Origin: Tubiluchus corallicola | Lineage: Eukaryota; Animalia; Priapulida | Assembly (NCBI GenBank): GCA_030141605.1 | Contig: JAQGDQ010000485.1 | Location: 104,412-168,411 of the forward strand | Direction: 5' to 3' | DNA: 64,000 bases | In this document: piece by piece, positions 63,240 to 64,000 of the stretch | Numbering within the stretch: the stretch's first letter is position 1 | How the letters are laid out: each line of letters opens with the position of its first letter | Position numbers and translations under genes: made by a program | The notes under the pieces: generated by a model | What the model saw: the letters and a program-made list of their open reading frames with translations, nothing else | What the model was told of the DNA's origin: nothing | Databases searched by the model: none

Positions 63240-64000
63240 AGGGAGAGTAATAAAGAAAAAATCAAAAGGAAAGAAGATAGAAGGAAGGAAGGAAAGAGCG
63301 GAGAAAGAATTAGAAAACAAAGAAAGTAAAAAGTGCACATAGAAAGGACGAGGAAAGGGAGAATGAAAAAATGAAAAAGAAGTGAGGGGAGTAAGCACTA
63401 AAAGAAAGAAAAAAGGAAAAGGCAGGTGAGGGGAAGACAAGAAGAATGACGGAAGAAGAGACAAAGAAAAATAAAATAGAACAAAAAGAGAGAGAAGAAA
63501 AGTAAGTCAAACTTGCAATTATGAAAAAACGAAACGTTAAAAAAATTAAAAATCACCAAATAAACAAAACAGTAAACAAACAAATGCACGAATGAATGAA
63601 TAAATGAATGAACGAACAGACAACGAACGAAACAAAGGAATTAAAAAAATTAGTGTGAAAAAATCAACAAAAGACCAAGAAAAGAGAAATCGAAGAAGAA
63701 CATCACAAAAGATAAAAAAAGAAAAAGAAAATATGACGATTGATATTGAAAGATAGAATGACGAAAGAGGGAATGATTAAAGAGAAAAGTAGAAAAACAC
63801 AACTGCTAATTGGATTAATTATAAAAGCCATTAAGCGCACCTCAGGCAAAATTGGACAATTAAGTGACCCCAACATAATGAACGTTTCTCGTGCAAACTA
63901 CATTGAGCTCCTGCTGATAAATCTTAGACATCACGATTCAGGATTCTCACGAACTGTTCACGTGATCTAAATATGGCGGTTCTATTATGATACAGCATGC

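Overview
AT-rich, repeat-dense animal (invertebrate-like) nuclear DNA with spliceosomal introns; the species cannot be fixed from sequence alone. The left half (about 1.8-33 kb) holds a same-strand tandem array of six related single-coding-exon C2H2 zinc-finger units: four intact, one with a single frameshift and one decayed pseudogene. The five full units share a near-invariant ~41-aa N-terminal module ([40 protein letters not shown], an isolated Cx2C-x12-Hx4H finger), a hypervariable linker that keeps a psi-K-x-E-P SUMO-type motif, and 2-4 divergent Kruppel fingers. All six have a 3' splice acceptor 35-46 nt before the ATG, and there is no clear private promoter or first exon between several units. 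This suggests either alternative terminal exons on a shared leader or SL trans-splicing (inference; top finding). The right half holds a five-exon Pim kinase gene (39146-46529, 323 aa) with an unusual HGD catalytic loop and a matching loss of the D200-equivalent residue. The rest is mobile DNA and repeats: Kolobok/T2-like, hAT, pogo/Tigger and piggyBac-like MITEs, a 5S-headed SINE, LINE fragments, a solo LTR with heat-shock elements, minisatellites and microsatellites.
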